Shown here one piece after another: positions 53,148 through 62,409 of a stretch of DNA of 64,000 nt. Numbering within the stretch: position 1 is the first letter of the stretch; each line of letters opens with the position of its first letter. Source of the DNA: Candidatus Eiseniibacteriota bacterium (GTDB lineage Bacteria > Eisenbacteria > RBG-16-71-46). Below the pieces are notes generated by a model. The model worked only from the letters and a program-made list of their open reading frames with translations, made no database searches and was not told the origin of the DNA. The position numbers and the translations under genes were made by a program. The stretch is taken from NCBI GenBank assembly GCA_963725865.1, contig CAVSAC010000012.1, positions 1,248,001 through 1,312,000 of the forward strand. The letters run 5' to 3'.

Positions 53148-53855
53148 CTAGCGCCCGGACCGAGGGCGTGCGCGCTGTCTCCGCGAGGTGCCGGCGCTGC
53201 CTGCGGGACTTCGCGTCGAGATGAAATCGGTCGCCATTGCAGCCAATCCCGCGACAAGCGTCTTCGCTGACCGCGACCTCGCAGTGAAATGCCCTGTTGC
53301 CATCCAGACCGAAGTGACGCCCGAGATGGCCCCGAAGACCACACTCGCGAGTTCGTAGCGTTCTGCGTCACTCATCCTCGCCGCGCGCGGCGCGGTACCG
53401 AGGATCGCGGCAAGCCTGGAGAGATAGGCAACCAGCGCGGTCCTCAGCGGGCGCCAGGTCGGGCGATCGAACTTGAGCATCCCCCGAAGCTGATGGAACA
53501 CGCGCATCAGATCGGGATGCTCTGCGAAGAAGCTGAGATGAGCCTGAACGACTTGTCGGAGAAGTGCCTCGTCGTCGTGTGCCTTGCGTACGTTGTCGAC
53601 CACGTGCTGCCCGAGTTGGGCGAAGCCCATGGAGGCCACTGCACGGATCAACTCGTTCTTGTTGGTGAAGTACGTGTAGAGGGTGCCCTTCGCGATGCCC
53701 GCGGTGGTCGTGAGGTCCTCGATCCGAGCCTCGTACAGCCCATTCGCGCCGAACAGGCGGATCCCTGCGATAATCAATTCGTTGCGGGTCGCAGCCTTGC
53801 GACGCTCGCGCCTGCCTTGCGGAGGCGCGTTAGGCGATGCATTTGCTGTCGTCAT
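53148..53855 (-). CDS. TetR/AcrR-family regulator
   Basis: AGIAKGTLYTYFTNKNEL helix-turn-helix. Confidence 0.93.
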   Translation of the reverse strand: MTTANASPNAPPQGRRERRKAATRNELIIAGIRLFGANGLYEARIEDLTTTAGIAKGTLYTYFTNKNELIRAVASMGFAQLGQHVVDNVRKAHDDEALLRQVVQAHLSFFAEHPDLMRVFHQLRGMLKFDRPTWRPLRTALVAYLSRLAAILGTAPRAARMSDAERYELASVVFGAISGVTSVWMATGHFTARSRSAKTLVAGLAAMATDFISTRSPAGSAGTSRRQRARPRSGR

Positions 53856-53871
53856 CAGTGTCCTTCCAAGT

Positions 53872-53915
53872 ACTTGACCCGGGAGTCAAGTTCAAACTTG
53901 ACCCACGAGTCAAGT
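53872..53915. promoter_or_regulatory. Twin palindromic operators, probably for TetR
   Basis: ACTTGAC-N6-GTCAAGT at 53872-53891 and 53896-53915. Confidence 0.8.
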
Positions 53916-54021
53916 TCGCAGATGCTCCCGAGGGTGTCAATCGCCTTCGATTCCCCCGTACCTGACGGCGCGCGAATGCGACGCTCGACGATCGAGGTGA
54001 GCCCGGGCAGGAGGACACACG

Positions 54022-54123
54022 ATGAAGCCGGGCGCTCACTACCTCCTCGCCGTCTTCGTCCTTGGTGTTTCGCTCGGCCTCCTCGCCACGCATGGTGAAC
54101 AGGTCCAAAGAGGCCGCACGTGA
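54022..54123 (+). CDS. Small hydrophobic peptide (33 aa)
   Basis: AGGAGG SD; MKPGAHYLLAVFVLGVSLGLLATHGEQVQRGRT*; stop overlaps the ClC start (GTGA). Confidence 0.55.
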   Translation: MKPGAHYLLAVFVLGVSLGLLATHGEQVQRGRT

Positions 54124-55955
54124 GTCCGATCCGAAGCATCGCGAGGGAAGCGCGGGACCTGGAGCTGCATGCCGTGGGCCGGACGGTCGCGCTCAGCTCA
54201 CTGGTGGGGGTGGTGGCCGGGCTGGGCGCAATCGTGTTCCAGTACCTCTGCCAGTACGGCTCCCACTTCTTCCTCGACCGGCTCGCGGGGCTGCGCATGG
54301 AAGGGCCAGCCGGCGAGACCGCGCTGCTCGCCCCAACACAGTCGCTTTTCCACCCGTGGATGATTCCGCTGGTGGCGGGCTTGGGCGGTCTGCTCACGGG
54401 GCTGATCGTGCAGCGCTTCGCACCGGAGGCGGCGGGACACGGCACGGACGAGGCGGTGGATGCCTTCCACAGACGGGCCGGGGTGATCCGCGGTCGGGTG
54501 CCGTTCATCAAGACCATCGCCTCGGCGCTCACCCTGGGATCCGGGGGCTCCGGCGGCCGCGAGGGGCCGATCGCGCAGATCGGCGCTGGCTTCGGCTCGT
54601 TTCTCGCGTCCCGTCTGGGCCTGAGCGAGCGTGACCGGCGCATCCTGCTGGCGGCGGGCGTCGGCGCTGGCGTGGGAAGCATCTTCCGGGCTCCGCTGGC
54701 CGGGGCGTTGTTCGCTGCCGAGGTGCTCTACGCCGACCCGGAGTTCGAGTCCGACGTGATCATCCCGGCGGCGATCTCGACGATCGTCGCCTACTGCGTG
54801 TTCTCCCTGAAGTTCGGTTTCGGGACGCTGTTCGACACTCCCCACTTCACGTTCCACTCCGCGGCCGAGCTGCTGCCCTACACCGCTCTGGCGCTGGTCG
54901 TGGCGCTGGCGTCAGGCGTGTTCGTGAAGGTGTTCTACGGCACCCACGCGCTGTTCGAGCGTCTGAGGATGCCAAAGGTGCTGAAGCCGATGGTGGGTGG
55001 CCTGCTCACCGGGGGGCTGGCCCTGGTCGCCTACTATAGCGTGCGAGACCGGCGGGCGTTCGACGTTCTCTCGTTCGGCTACGGCTCCATCCAGCACGCG
55101 CTGCGGGGAGAGCTGCCCCTGGCGGTGCTGCTGGTGATCGCCGGTGGCAAGATGCTCACCACCTCCTGCTCGATCAGCTCGGGCGGCTCGGGCGGCGTGT
55201 TCGGGCCCTCGATGGTGATCGGCGGCACGCTCGGTGGTGCGGTGGGGCTGCTGGCGCAGCAGCTGATGCCGGGCGTGGTGACACAGCCGGGCGCGTACGT
55301 CGCGGTCGGGATGGCGGGCTTCTTCTCCGCGGCCGCGAACACGCCCATCTCCACGCTCGTCATGGTGTCGGAGATGACCGGCAACTACCAGCTCTTGCTC
55401 CCGGCCCTCTGGGTGTGCGCGATCGCGTACCTGATCGCGCGGCGCTGGACGCTCTACCGAAGCCAGGTCGCGAGTCGGCTTGACTCTCCCGCTCACCGGG
55501 GAGCGATCTTTGGGGGGCTGCTCAAATCACTACGAGTCGGCGACATCCTCGGCAGACGTCCGCTGCACACCATCCGCGAGACTGCATCGATGGCGGACGT
55601 GATCCAGAGCTGCATGACCTCGTCGCAGCACTGTTTCCCAGTGGTCGACGGCGTCGGGCGCATGACCGGACTGATCACGCTCGCGCAAGTGCGACAGTTC
55701 CTGGACGAGAAGGACGAGAACGGTCCGGTCATCGCACACGATCTGGCAACCAAGCCCCGGTCCTCGCTCTCGCCCGAGGATGACCTCGACTGGGCGCTCC
55801 AACGCCTCATGACACTGGATGTCGAGGAACTGCCTGTGGTGGAGCCAGCGAACTCGGGGCATCTGCTCGGCATCCTCTCGCGGCGCGACATCATCGCGGC
55901 CTACGCCCGGCGGCGGCTCGACACGGGGCCCGGGACCGCAGAGGCCACGACATGA
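54120..55955 (+). CDS. ClC chloride channel/antiporter with CBS pair
   Basis: GHGTD, GREGP, FRAPLAG, GGVFGP, EMTG; two CBS domains. Confidence 0.95.
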   Translation: MSPIRSIAREARDLELHAVGRTVALSSLVGVVAGLGAIVFQYLCQYGSHFFLDRLAGLRMEGPAGETALLAPTQSLFHPWMIPLVAGLGGLLTGLIVQRFAPEAAGHGTDEAVDAFHRRAGVIRGRVPFIKTIASALTLGSGGSGGREGPIAQIGAGFGSFLASRLGLSERDRRILLAAGVGAGVGSIFRAPLAGALFAAEVLYADPEFESDVIIPAAISTIVAYCVFSLKFGFGTLFDTPHFTFHSAAELLPYTALALVVALASGVFVKVFYGTHALFERLRMPKVLKPMVGGLLTGGLALVAYYSVRDRRAFDVLSFGYGSIQHALRGELPLAVLLVIAGGKMLTTSCSISSGGSGGVFGPSMVIGGTLGGAVGLLAQQLMPGVVTQPGAYVAVGMAGFFSAAANTPISTLVMVSEMTGNYQLLLPALWVCAIAYLIARRWTLYRSQVASRLDSPAHRGAIFGGLLKSLRVGDILGRRPLHTIRETASMADVIQSCMTSSQHCFPVVDGVGRMTGLITLAQVRQFLDEKDENGPVIAHDLATKPRSSLSPEDDLDWALQRLMTLDVEELPVVEPANSGHLLGILSRRDIIAAYARRRLDTGPGTAEATT

Positions 55956-55962
55956 GCGACCC

Positions 55963-56826
55963 ATGGTGAGCGCACGCACCTCGACCGCTTGCGCTCGTGC
56001 GCTTGCTGGCCACGACCGACTTCGAAGGCCATGCGGCATCAGGGCCGGCTGGCCCGTGCCGCGCTCGACCGGCTGGCTCGTCTCTGGCGTGGCGCTGGCC
56101 ACGGCGCTCCTCGCAGCACGCGCCTGCGCCGCGCCCGACGCTCGAGAGATCGTCGACCGCGTGGACCGCCTCCTGCGAGGAGATTCGAGCCGCGGCCAGG
56201 TGGAGATGGCAGTGAGCACGAAGCACTGGAAACGCACCTTGAGCATGACGGTCTGGTCGCTGGGCACTCGGGACGCGCTGGTGCGGGTCACCGCGCCGGC
56301 GCGCGAAGCGGGCACGGCCACGCTCAAGGTGGGTTCCGAGGTCTGGAACTACCTGCCGCGGGTGGATCGGACAATCAAGGTGCCCTCCTCCCTCATGATG
56401 GGCTCCTGGATGGGCTCGCACCTGACCAACGACGACCTCGTCAAGGAGAGCCGTATGGTGGACGACTACGCCATCGCTCTCAGCTTCGATGGTGACCGCG
56501 GCGGAGAGAAGGTCTGGGAGTTCACGCTTACACCGAAGCCCGAGGCGGCGGTGGTGTGGGGGCGAGTGGTCGAGCAGGTCAGGCAGTCGGATCTGATGCC
56601 ACGATGGGCGCGCTACTACGACGAGGGTGGGGCGCTCGTGCGGACCATCGCGTTCTCGGACTTCCGGCCGATGGGCGGACGCCTGGTGCCGACCGTGCTC
56701 ACGGTGGTGCCCGCGGACAAGCCCGGAGAGCAGACCGTGCTCCACTACCTCGCCTTGGAGTTCAACGTCGGACTCGAGCCCTCGCTGTTCTCGCTGCGCA
56801 ACCTGCAGTCGGGCGCCTCGCCATGA
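55963..56826 (+). CDS. LolA-like outer membrane lipoprotein-sorting protein
   Basis: VWNYLPRVDRTIK, SWMGSHLTNDDL; start uncertain. Confidence 0.85.
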   Translation: MVSARTSTACARALAGHDRLRRPCGIRAGWPVPRSTGWLVSGVALATALLAARACAAPDAREIVDRVDRLLRGDSSRGQVEMAVSTKHWKRTLSMTVWSLGTRDALVRVTAPAREAGTATLKVGSEVWNYLPRVDRTIKVPSSLMMGSWMGSHLTNDDLVKESRMVDDYAIALSFDGDRGGEKVWEFTLTPKPEAAVVWGRVVEQVRQSDLMPRWARYYDEGGALVRTIAFSDFRPMGGRLVPTVLTVVPADKPGEQTVLHYLALEFNVGLEPSLFSLRNLQSGASP

Positions 56827-56875
56827 GTGGCGATCGTCGGTGCTTGGAGAGAGCGGGCACAGGACGGGCCGGCCA

Positions 56876-58132
56876 GTGAGGCGCATCTGGTGGCGCATCG
56901 CCTGGCGCAACCTGCTGAGGAATCGGCGACGCAGCCTGATCACCGGCGCGGCGCTGGCGCTGGGATTCGCGGCCTCCGTCGTGATGGAGGGGCTCTCCGA
57001 CGGGATCGTGGCGGAGATGATCGAGAACGGGACCGGGCTCCTGAGTGGACAGGTGCAGGTCCATGCACCCGATTGGCGGCCCGAGCGGAGCCTCTACAAC
57101 ACGTTGGGTGGGGACGCGGGCGCCGACGTCGAGTCGCTGTGCACGGCTGCCGACACCGAGCCGGGCGTGGTGGCGACTGCGCCTCGGGTGTGGGGCGCAG
57201 GCCTTCTCGGCACTTCCCATGCCTCGGTAGGAGCCGTGTTGCTGGGCGTCGACCTGGATCGCGAACGCCACGTGAGCCGCTTGCTTGGCAGCCTTGTGAA
57301 GGGACGCCTTCCCCGAGCCGGAGTCCGTGAGCTGATGGTTGGACGCTCTCTCGCCCGCAAGCTCAAAGTGGAAGTAGGTGACACGCTGGTGGTGGTCGCG
57401 CCGGCCGCAGACGGCTCGATGGCGAACGACCTGTTCCGCGTCAGCGGGCTCAATGCGAGCGGACTCTCCGAGCTCGATGCCGGTCAGGCGGTGCTGCCGC
57501 TGGATGTGCTCCAGCGCCTGCTCGTCCTCGAACCGGGGCGCGTGCACGAATTGGCTATCGCGATCCGAGACCCATGGAGAGCCGACACGATCGCAGCCGG
57601 GGTTCGCGCCCGACTGGCGGGCACCGGCCTGCCGCTCGACGCCGAGCCTTGGACACGGTTCCGCCCCGAGCTGGCCCAATACGCCGATCTGGCGAGCGCC
57701 TCGAACGGCGTCATCGTGATCGTGGTCTTCGTCATGGCGGTGTTCGGGGTGGCCAACACGATGCTCATGGGGACCTGGGAACGACGCCGGGAGTTCGCGG
57801 TCGTGCGCGCGCTGGGCACGACGCCGTGGGGCGTGGGCCGCACCGTGGTGCTCGAGGGTCTGCTGCTGGGTGTGCTGTCACTTGCCGCCGGCGTGGCGAT
57901 CACGTGGCCCGTGATGGCATGGTGGCACCGCTCGCCTCCGGACCTCTCGGCCTTCTACGGTGGGTTCACCATGGCGGGCGCGCTGGTGCGACCCACGCTG
58001 CGCGTCGAGTTCTCGACTGCGGCGCCGATCGAGAGCGCTGTCGCGCTCATCGTGACTGCGGTGGTCGCCGCCCTCTATCCGGCTTGGAGGGCTTCGCGTG
58101 TCCCTCCCGCCGACGCGCTGGCGGGCCGATGA
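56876..58132 (+). CDS. ABC permease (LolC/E, MacB/FtsX type)
   Basis: AWRNLLRNRRRS, ANTMLM..ERRREF..RALG, ALYPAWRA. Confidence 0.92.
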   Translation: MRRIWWRIAWRNLLRNRRRSLITGAALALGFAASVVMEGLSDGIVAEMIENGTGLLSGQVQVHAPDWRPERSLYNTLGGDAGADVESLCTAADTEPGVVATAPRVWGAGLLGTSHASVGAVLLGVDLDRERHVSRLLGSLVKGRLPRAGVRELMVGRSLARKLKVEVGDTLVVVAPAADGSMANDLFRVSGLNASGLSELDAGQAVLPLDVLQRLLVLEPGRVHELAIAIRDPWRADTIAAGVRARLAGTGLPLDAEPWTRFRPELAQYADLASASNGVIVIVVFVMAVFGVANTMLMGTWERRREFAVVRALGTTPWGVGRTVVLEGLLLGVLSLAAGVAITWPVMAWWHRSPPDLSAFYGGFTMAGALVRPTLRVEFSTAAPIESAVALIVTAVVAALYPAWRASRVPPADALAGR

Positions 58133-59415
58133 ACGGAGTCTCAGCGGCCCGTCGCGCGACGATCCTGCTTTCGCTCGCCCTGCGCAACGTGCGACGCCAG
58201 GCCCGGCGCAGCGTGCTCATCTCCTCTGCCATGGTGCTGGGGCTCGCCCTGCTGGTGCTGACGCGCGCGATCGCCGAGGGGGGACACGAGGCGTGGATCG
58301 AGACTGCCGTGCGGATGGCGGACGGCGACGTCTCGTTCCAAGCTCCGGGCTGGCTGGACGATCGTGAGCTCGGGCACCGATTGGAAGCCGTCGACCTTGC
58401 GCGGGCCGAGCAGGCGCTCCGGCTCCCTTCCCTGGCTTCAAGGGTGCGGATGGCGGCCCCGCGACTCGCCGTGGAGGGGCTCGCGGCGTCGGCCGAGTCG
58501 GCCTTGCCTGTCCAGGTGATCGGCGTGGATCCCATCCGGGAGCGCGACTTCTCACGGCTCGATCGCAAGCGCGTCGCCGGACGCGCGCTCGAGGGGGGCG
58601 ACCGCCTTGGCGCGTACGTGGGTGTGGGGCTGGCCGAGCGGCTCGGGCTGCGAGTCGGGTCCAAGCTGGTGCTCACCGCGCAGGGCGCGAGTGGCGATCT
58701 GCAGAGCCAGTTGGCCCGGATCGTGGGCACGTTCCGGACCGGCGTGCCCGAGGTCGACGATGGACTCGTGGAGATCCCGATCACCACCGCGCAACGCTGG
58801 CTCGGCACCGGGCCGTCCGTCACTTCGCTGGCGGTGCTGCTCGCGTCGAGCCGGGACACCGGCCCTGTGACGCGGTCGCTGCAGGCAGCCCTTGGCGGGC
58901 AGAACGATCCGCGCCTGCGGATCCTGACCTGGCAACAGTCCTCCCCCGAACTCGATTCGGCAGTGCGGATCGATGACTACGGAGACTGGGTCTTTCACGC
59001 CGTGCTGCTCGTGATCGTCCTGCTGGCGATCCTCAATGCCGTGCTCATGTCCGTGCTCCACCGAACCCGCGAATTCGGTGTGTTGCGGGCCATCGGACTC
59101 ACTCCCCGCGATGCCGGCCTCGTGGTCCTGGCCGAGGGTTTGCTGCTCACGGTAGCGAGCGGGGTCGCCGGCATCCTGCTGGGCATCGGAGTGACGTGGG
59201 GCCTGTGGCGGAACGGCCTCGACCTATCCGCGTTCCTGCGGGGCGATTTCACCGTCTCCGGCGTGGCGATCGATCCTGTGATCGTGCCGCGCTTCGTGCC
59301 CGACCAGATGCTCCTCAGCCTCGCGCTGGTGTTCGCGATGGGGCTGCTCGCGTCCCTCTATCCCGCGCTCCAGGCGGCGCGCATCCAGCCCGCCGAGGCC
59401 ATGGCATTCGAGTGA
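58129..59415 (+). CDS. ABC permease (LolC/E, MacB/FtsX type)
   Basis: ALRNVRRQARRS, LMSVLHRTREFG, SLYPALQA. Confidence 0.92.
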   Translation: MNGVSAARRATILLSLALRNVRRQARRSVLISSAMVLGLALLVLTRAIAEGGHEAWIETAVRMADGDVSFQAPGWLDDRELGHRLEAVDLARAEQALRLPSLASRVRMAAPRLAVEGLAASAESALPVQVIGVDPIRERDFSRLDRKRVAGRALEGGDRLGAYVGVGLAERLGLRVGSKLVLTAQGASGDLQSQLARIVGTFRTGVPEVDDGLVEIPITTAQRWLGTGPSVTSLAVLLASSRDTGPVTRSLQAALGGQNDPRLRILTWQQSSPELDSAVRIDDYGDWVFHAVLLVIVLLAILNAVLMSVLHRTREFGVLRAIGLTPRDAGLVVLAEGLLLTVASGVAGILLGIGVTWGLWRNGLDLSAFLRGDFTVSGVAIDPVIVPRFVPDQMLLSLALVFAMGLLASLYPALQAARIQPAEAMAFE

Positions 59416-60146
59416 TGGACTCCTCCGGTCCCTTCGCAGTGCGCACGCGCGACGTCTGGAAGATCTATGAGCAGGAAGCCGTTCCGGTCCAGGCGGTGAG
59501 AGGCGTTTCGCTGGAGATCCGTCCGGGTGAGTTCGCCGCCATGGCCGGCCCGTCGGGCTCGGGGAAGACGACGCTGCTCAACCTGATCGGCGGCCTGACG
59601 CGCCCGACGCGCGGGACCGTCGAGGTCGGTGGCCGTGACATCACCGCACTCTCCGAGCGCGAGCTGGCCGATCTCCGGCTCGAGAGCGTCGGCTTCGTCT
59701 TCCAGGCCTACAACCTGCTGCCGGTGCTGACAGCTCTCGAGAACGCGGAGTTCACGCTCCTGCTGCGTGGAGTGCCCAGCGGGGAGCGACTGCGGCGCGT
59801 GCGAGTCCTGTTCGAGCAGATGGGGCTCGAGGACCTCGAGGACCGACTACCCGGCCGGCTCTCGGGTGGACAGCAGCAGCGGGTGGCCGTCGCGCGCGCC
59901 GTCGTCGGAGCGCCGGCCCTCGTGCTGGCCGACGAGCCCACCGCGAACCTCGACACGAAGGCCGGTGGGGCGCTGCTCGACGTGATGGAGCAACTCAATC
60001 GTGAACGTGGTGTCACGTTCCTGTTCTCGAGCCACGACCCGCGCGTGATGGAGCGTGCGCATCGGCTGATTCGACTCGTGGACGGCGAAGTCGAGAGCGA
60101 CACGGTGCGACCGGAGCGCCGTGCGTTACCTTCGGCCGGAGCGTGA
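59415..60146 (+). CDS. ABC ATPase (LolD-like)
   Basis: GPSGSGKTT, LSGGQQQR, ADEPTANLD. Confidence 0.96.
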   Translation: MDSSGPFAVRTRDVWKIYEQEAVPVQAVRGVSLEIRPGEFAAMAGPSGSGKTTLLNLIGGLTRPTRGTVEVGGRDITALSERELADLRLESVGFVFQAYNLLPVLTALENAEFTLLLRGVPSGERLRRVRVLFEQMGLEDLEDRLPGRLSGGQQQRVAVARAVVGAPALVLADEPTANLDTKAGGALLDVMEQLNRERGVTFLFSSHDPRVMERAHRLIRLVDGEVESDTVRPERRALPSAGA

Positions 60147-61354
60147 ACATGCTGCGGAGTGCGGCAGGGTCGACCGCGACGCTCGCGTTCGCAGCCGCGC
60201 TGACCATGACCCAGCCGAGCCTTCCGGCGCAGGCCGCCTCGGATCCCCAGGTCTACGCGCTCACGGTGGCAGGCCCGGTCGTGCCGCCGGGCGGCGGCGC
60301 GACCGGCTTCGCCGACTTCTCCCGTGTGCGTCTCATGGTCGCCCCGACGGTCGCGGGTGTCGCGATCGACCTTGCCTACGAGCACACGCTCCTCGCACTC
60401 GGATCCCCGTCTGACGGGCTCGGTGCGCTAGTGCCAGGGGCGACGCGCGCGAGCGGCGACTGGCTCGGGCTCGATGGTACGATCCGCTCGGATCAGCGGA
60501 TCGACTGGCGCCAGCGCGTCGATCGACTCTCGGCGACCCTGCGGAGCGGTGACTTCACGGTGAGCGCTGGCCGCCAGCCCATCTCGTGGGCCACGACGCT
60601 CTTCCTCACCCCCGCGGATCCCTTCGCTCCATTCGTTCCCTCCGATCCCTTTCGCGAGTACCGCGCCGGCGTGGATGCGGTGCGCGGGCGCTGGTTCCCC
60701 GGCCCCTTCACCGAGGCCGAGGCGGTCGTTCGGCCGGCGCGGACCCCCGACGGTCGCACGGTCACGGCGCTGGCGCGCGGGCGTCTCAAGCGCGGAGCGT
60801 GGGATCTCTCCATGTGGGCCGGCGCGCTGCACGACCGCGCCGCGGCCGCCGCGGGCGCGGTGGTCACGGCCGGAGGCTCGGCGTTCCGAATCGAGGGAGC
60901 ACTTCGCGGTACCGAGGAGGGCGTCGCCCGCGTTCGCGCGGCGGCCAGCGTGGATCGACGCGTGACCTTCCTCGGGCACGACCTCTACGGGGTCATCGAA
61001 CTCCAGCACGATGGCTTCGGCGCGGCGCGTGCGGCGGACCTGACCAGCGTCGCCGGCTCGCTCACTGCGAGGCGTGGCGAGATGCAGGTGCTCGGTCGCG
61101 ACGAGACGGCCGTACAGGCGCAGTGGCAGGTTCACCCGCTCGCAACACTCGAGGCAGTGGCGATCGTGAACCTGCGCGACGGCAGCATCCTCTGGGCGCC
61201 GGGCCTCGTTCTCTCGGCTACCGGCAGCATCACGGTTCGACTCGGCGGCGATCTGGGCACGGGTGCCCGCGACGCCGATCCCGGCCGGCCTCCGGCATCG
61301 GAGTACGGCGCTGTACCCCGCTTCGGCTACATCGCGGTCAGCGCGTTCCTCTGA
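60143..61354 (+). CDS. Probable outer membrane beta-barrel protein
   Basis: Signal peptide, AGRQPISW, GVDAVR, terminal YIAVSAFL. Confidence 0.75.
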   Translation: MNMLRSAAGSTATLAFAAALTMTQPSLPAQAASDPQVYALTVAGPVVPPGGGATGFADFSRVRLMVAPTVAGVAIDLAYEHTLLALGSPSDGLGALVPGATRASGDWLGLDGTIRSDQRIDWRQRVDRLSATLRSGDFTVSAGRQPISWATTLFLTPADPFAPFVPSDPFREYRAGVDAVRGRWFPGPFTEAEAVVRPARTPDGRTVTALARGRLKRGAWDLSMWAGALHDRAAAAAGAVVTAGGSAFRIEGALRGTEEGVARVRAAASVDRRVTFLGHDLYGVIELQHDGFGAARAADLTSVAGSLTARRGEMQVLGRDETAVQAQWQVHPLATLEAVAIVNLRDGSILWAPGLVLSATGSITVRLGGDLGTGARDADPGRPPASEYGAVPRFGYIAVSAFL

Positions 61355-61411
61355 GCGGCGCAACACCGTTCGGAGTGCGACCAGGGTTCGACAGCTGGCC
61401 GCTGCCCAAAG

Positions 61412-61518
61412 TGGCTACGAGTTTGGCTACGAGAACGGTGTCAAAGCCTGTCCGCTCGTGTCCGGAGCTGACCGCTCGAACGTGAAGCCCTCGCGCCGGC
61501 AACCGACGCGAGGGCTTC
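61412..61518. repeat. att-arm region of island 2
   Basis: TGGCTACGAG x2 (61412, 61424); TGTCA/TGTCC/TGTCC/TGACC at 10-bp period 61439-61473; hairpin GAAGCCCTCGCG..CGCGAGGGCTTC. Confidence 0.65.
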
Positions 61519-61586
61519 GACATGAGCGCTGTCCACAATGGCTTACGTGAACGTATTCGTTTCGCCCCGAAAATGCCCGGGAGCGA

Positions 61587-61625
61587 TTAGGAAACCGCTG
61601 CTCTATCCGTCTGAGCTACGGGGCC
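61587..61625 (-). repeat. tRNA-Arg 5'-half copy 3 (att core)
   Basis: 39/39 identical to 40220-40258. Confidence 0.95.
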
Positions 61626-61756
61626 GTGGCGCGGGAACGTACCGCACTTGGCTCGACGACGGAATCACGCGGGCAAGCCCCCGGCACGCCCTCAAGGCGC
61701 ATGCTCGCGATGGTCGCTCCCTCGTAACCCCGGATGGCACTGGCGCAATGAACGCA

Positions 61757-62173
61757 TCACTCGAGCATGATGACCCGCCTCGAAATGGTTTCGCCACCCC
61801 GTTGCATTCGAGCGAAATAGATGCCGCTCGGGACACGGCCTCCCTCCTGGCGCTTCCCGTCCCAATGGACCAGCACGGTGCCCGCCGCGACCTGCTCCTT
61901 CCAGACGCGCCGGCCAACGATGTCGTAGATCGCGATCTCGCCTGGCCCCGCCCCTGGACCCAGGGCGAATGTAACCGCTCCGTGCGCTGGTTGGGGAAAT
62001 GCCAGGAATCGCGGCCGCGCAGCGAACAACGGAGGCGGGCCAACCCCCGCCACCGGTGCCAGCCGGCTATTCAAGAGGAGCGCTGCTTGTACCGCACCTG
62101 CCTCCTGATAGAAGTCGACGTTGATCACGTTGATCTGCCCAATCTCGGCGAATTGGGAGACATAGGTACCCAA
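61757..62173 (-). CDS. Stand-alone or remnant FlgD-type Ig C-terminal domain
   Basis: AFPQPA...IYDIVGRRVW...WDGK...PSGIYFARM; no signal peptide, start uncertain. Confidence 0.65.
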   Translation of the reverse strand: MGTYVSQFAEIGQINVINVDFYQEAGAVQAALLLNSRLAPVAGVGPPPLFAARPRFLAFPQPAHGAVTFALGPGAGPGEIAIYDIVGRRVWKEQVAAGTVLVHWDGKRQEGGRVPSGIYFARMQRGGETISRRVIMLE

Positions 62174-62409
62174 GCGGTTGTTAATCTCGTGGCTCCACTG
62201 ATGCAGCGTCAGGCACGCCCTCCCACGGGCCCTACCTCGTTGCTGGCCCGCACCGAGCGCGCCGCAAGAACGAAGCCCTCCGCCTTTCGGTCTTCAGGTA
62301 GCATGCTGGCCGTGACTGCTGCGTTCTGTACGACCGTCCTGCTCACCGTGCTCGGCGCCGCTCTGCGTCCGGGCGCGGTGGGCGCCGCCGGCCATTTTCG
62401 CACGTCGCG

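Larger units (their letters stand above)
52970..61625. mobile_element. Genomic island 2 (no integrase) between tRNA-half copies 2 and 3
   Basis: Direct repeats at both ends; arm-like region 61412-61518. Confidence 0.75.

Noticed and set aside
54120..55955. Fluoride-specific CLC-F linked to the fluoride riboswitch
   Set aside because: It has GHGTD/GREGP/GGVFGP rather than the CLC-F GNNLI/GREGT/GEVTP signatures and is 15 kb from the riboswitch.
56823..56879. 18-codon ORF bridging the LolA-like gene and the first permease
   Set aside because: No notable composition; could be chance or an old frameshift, so not enough support.
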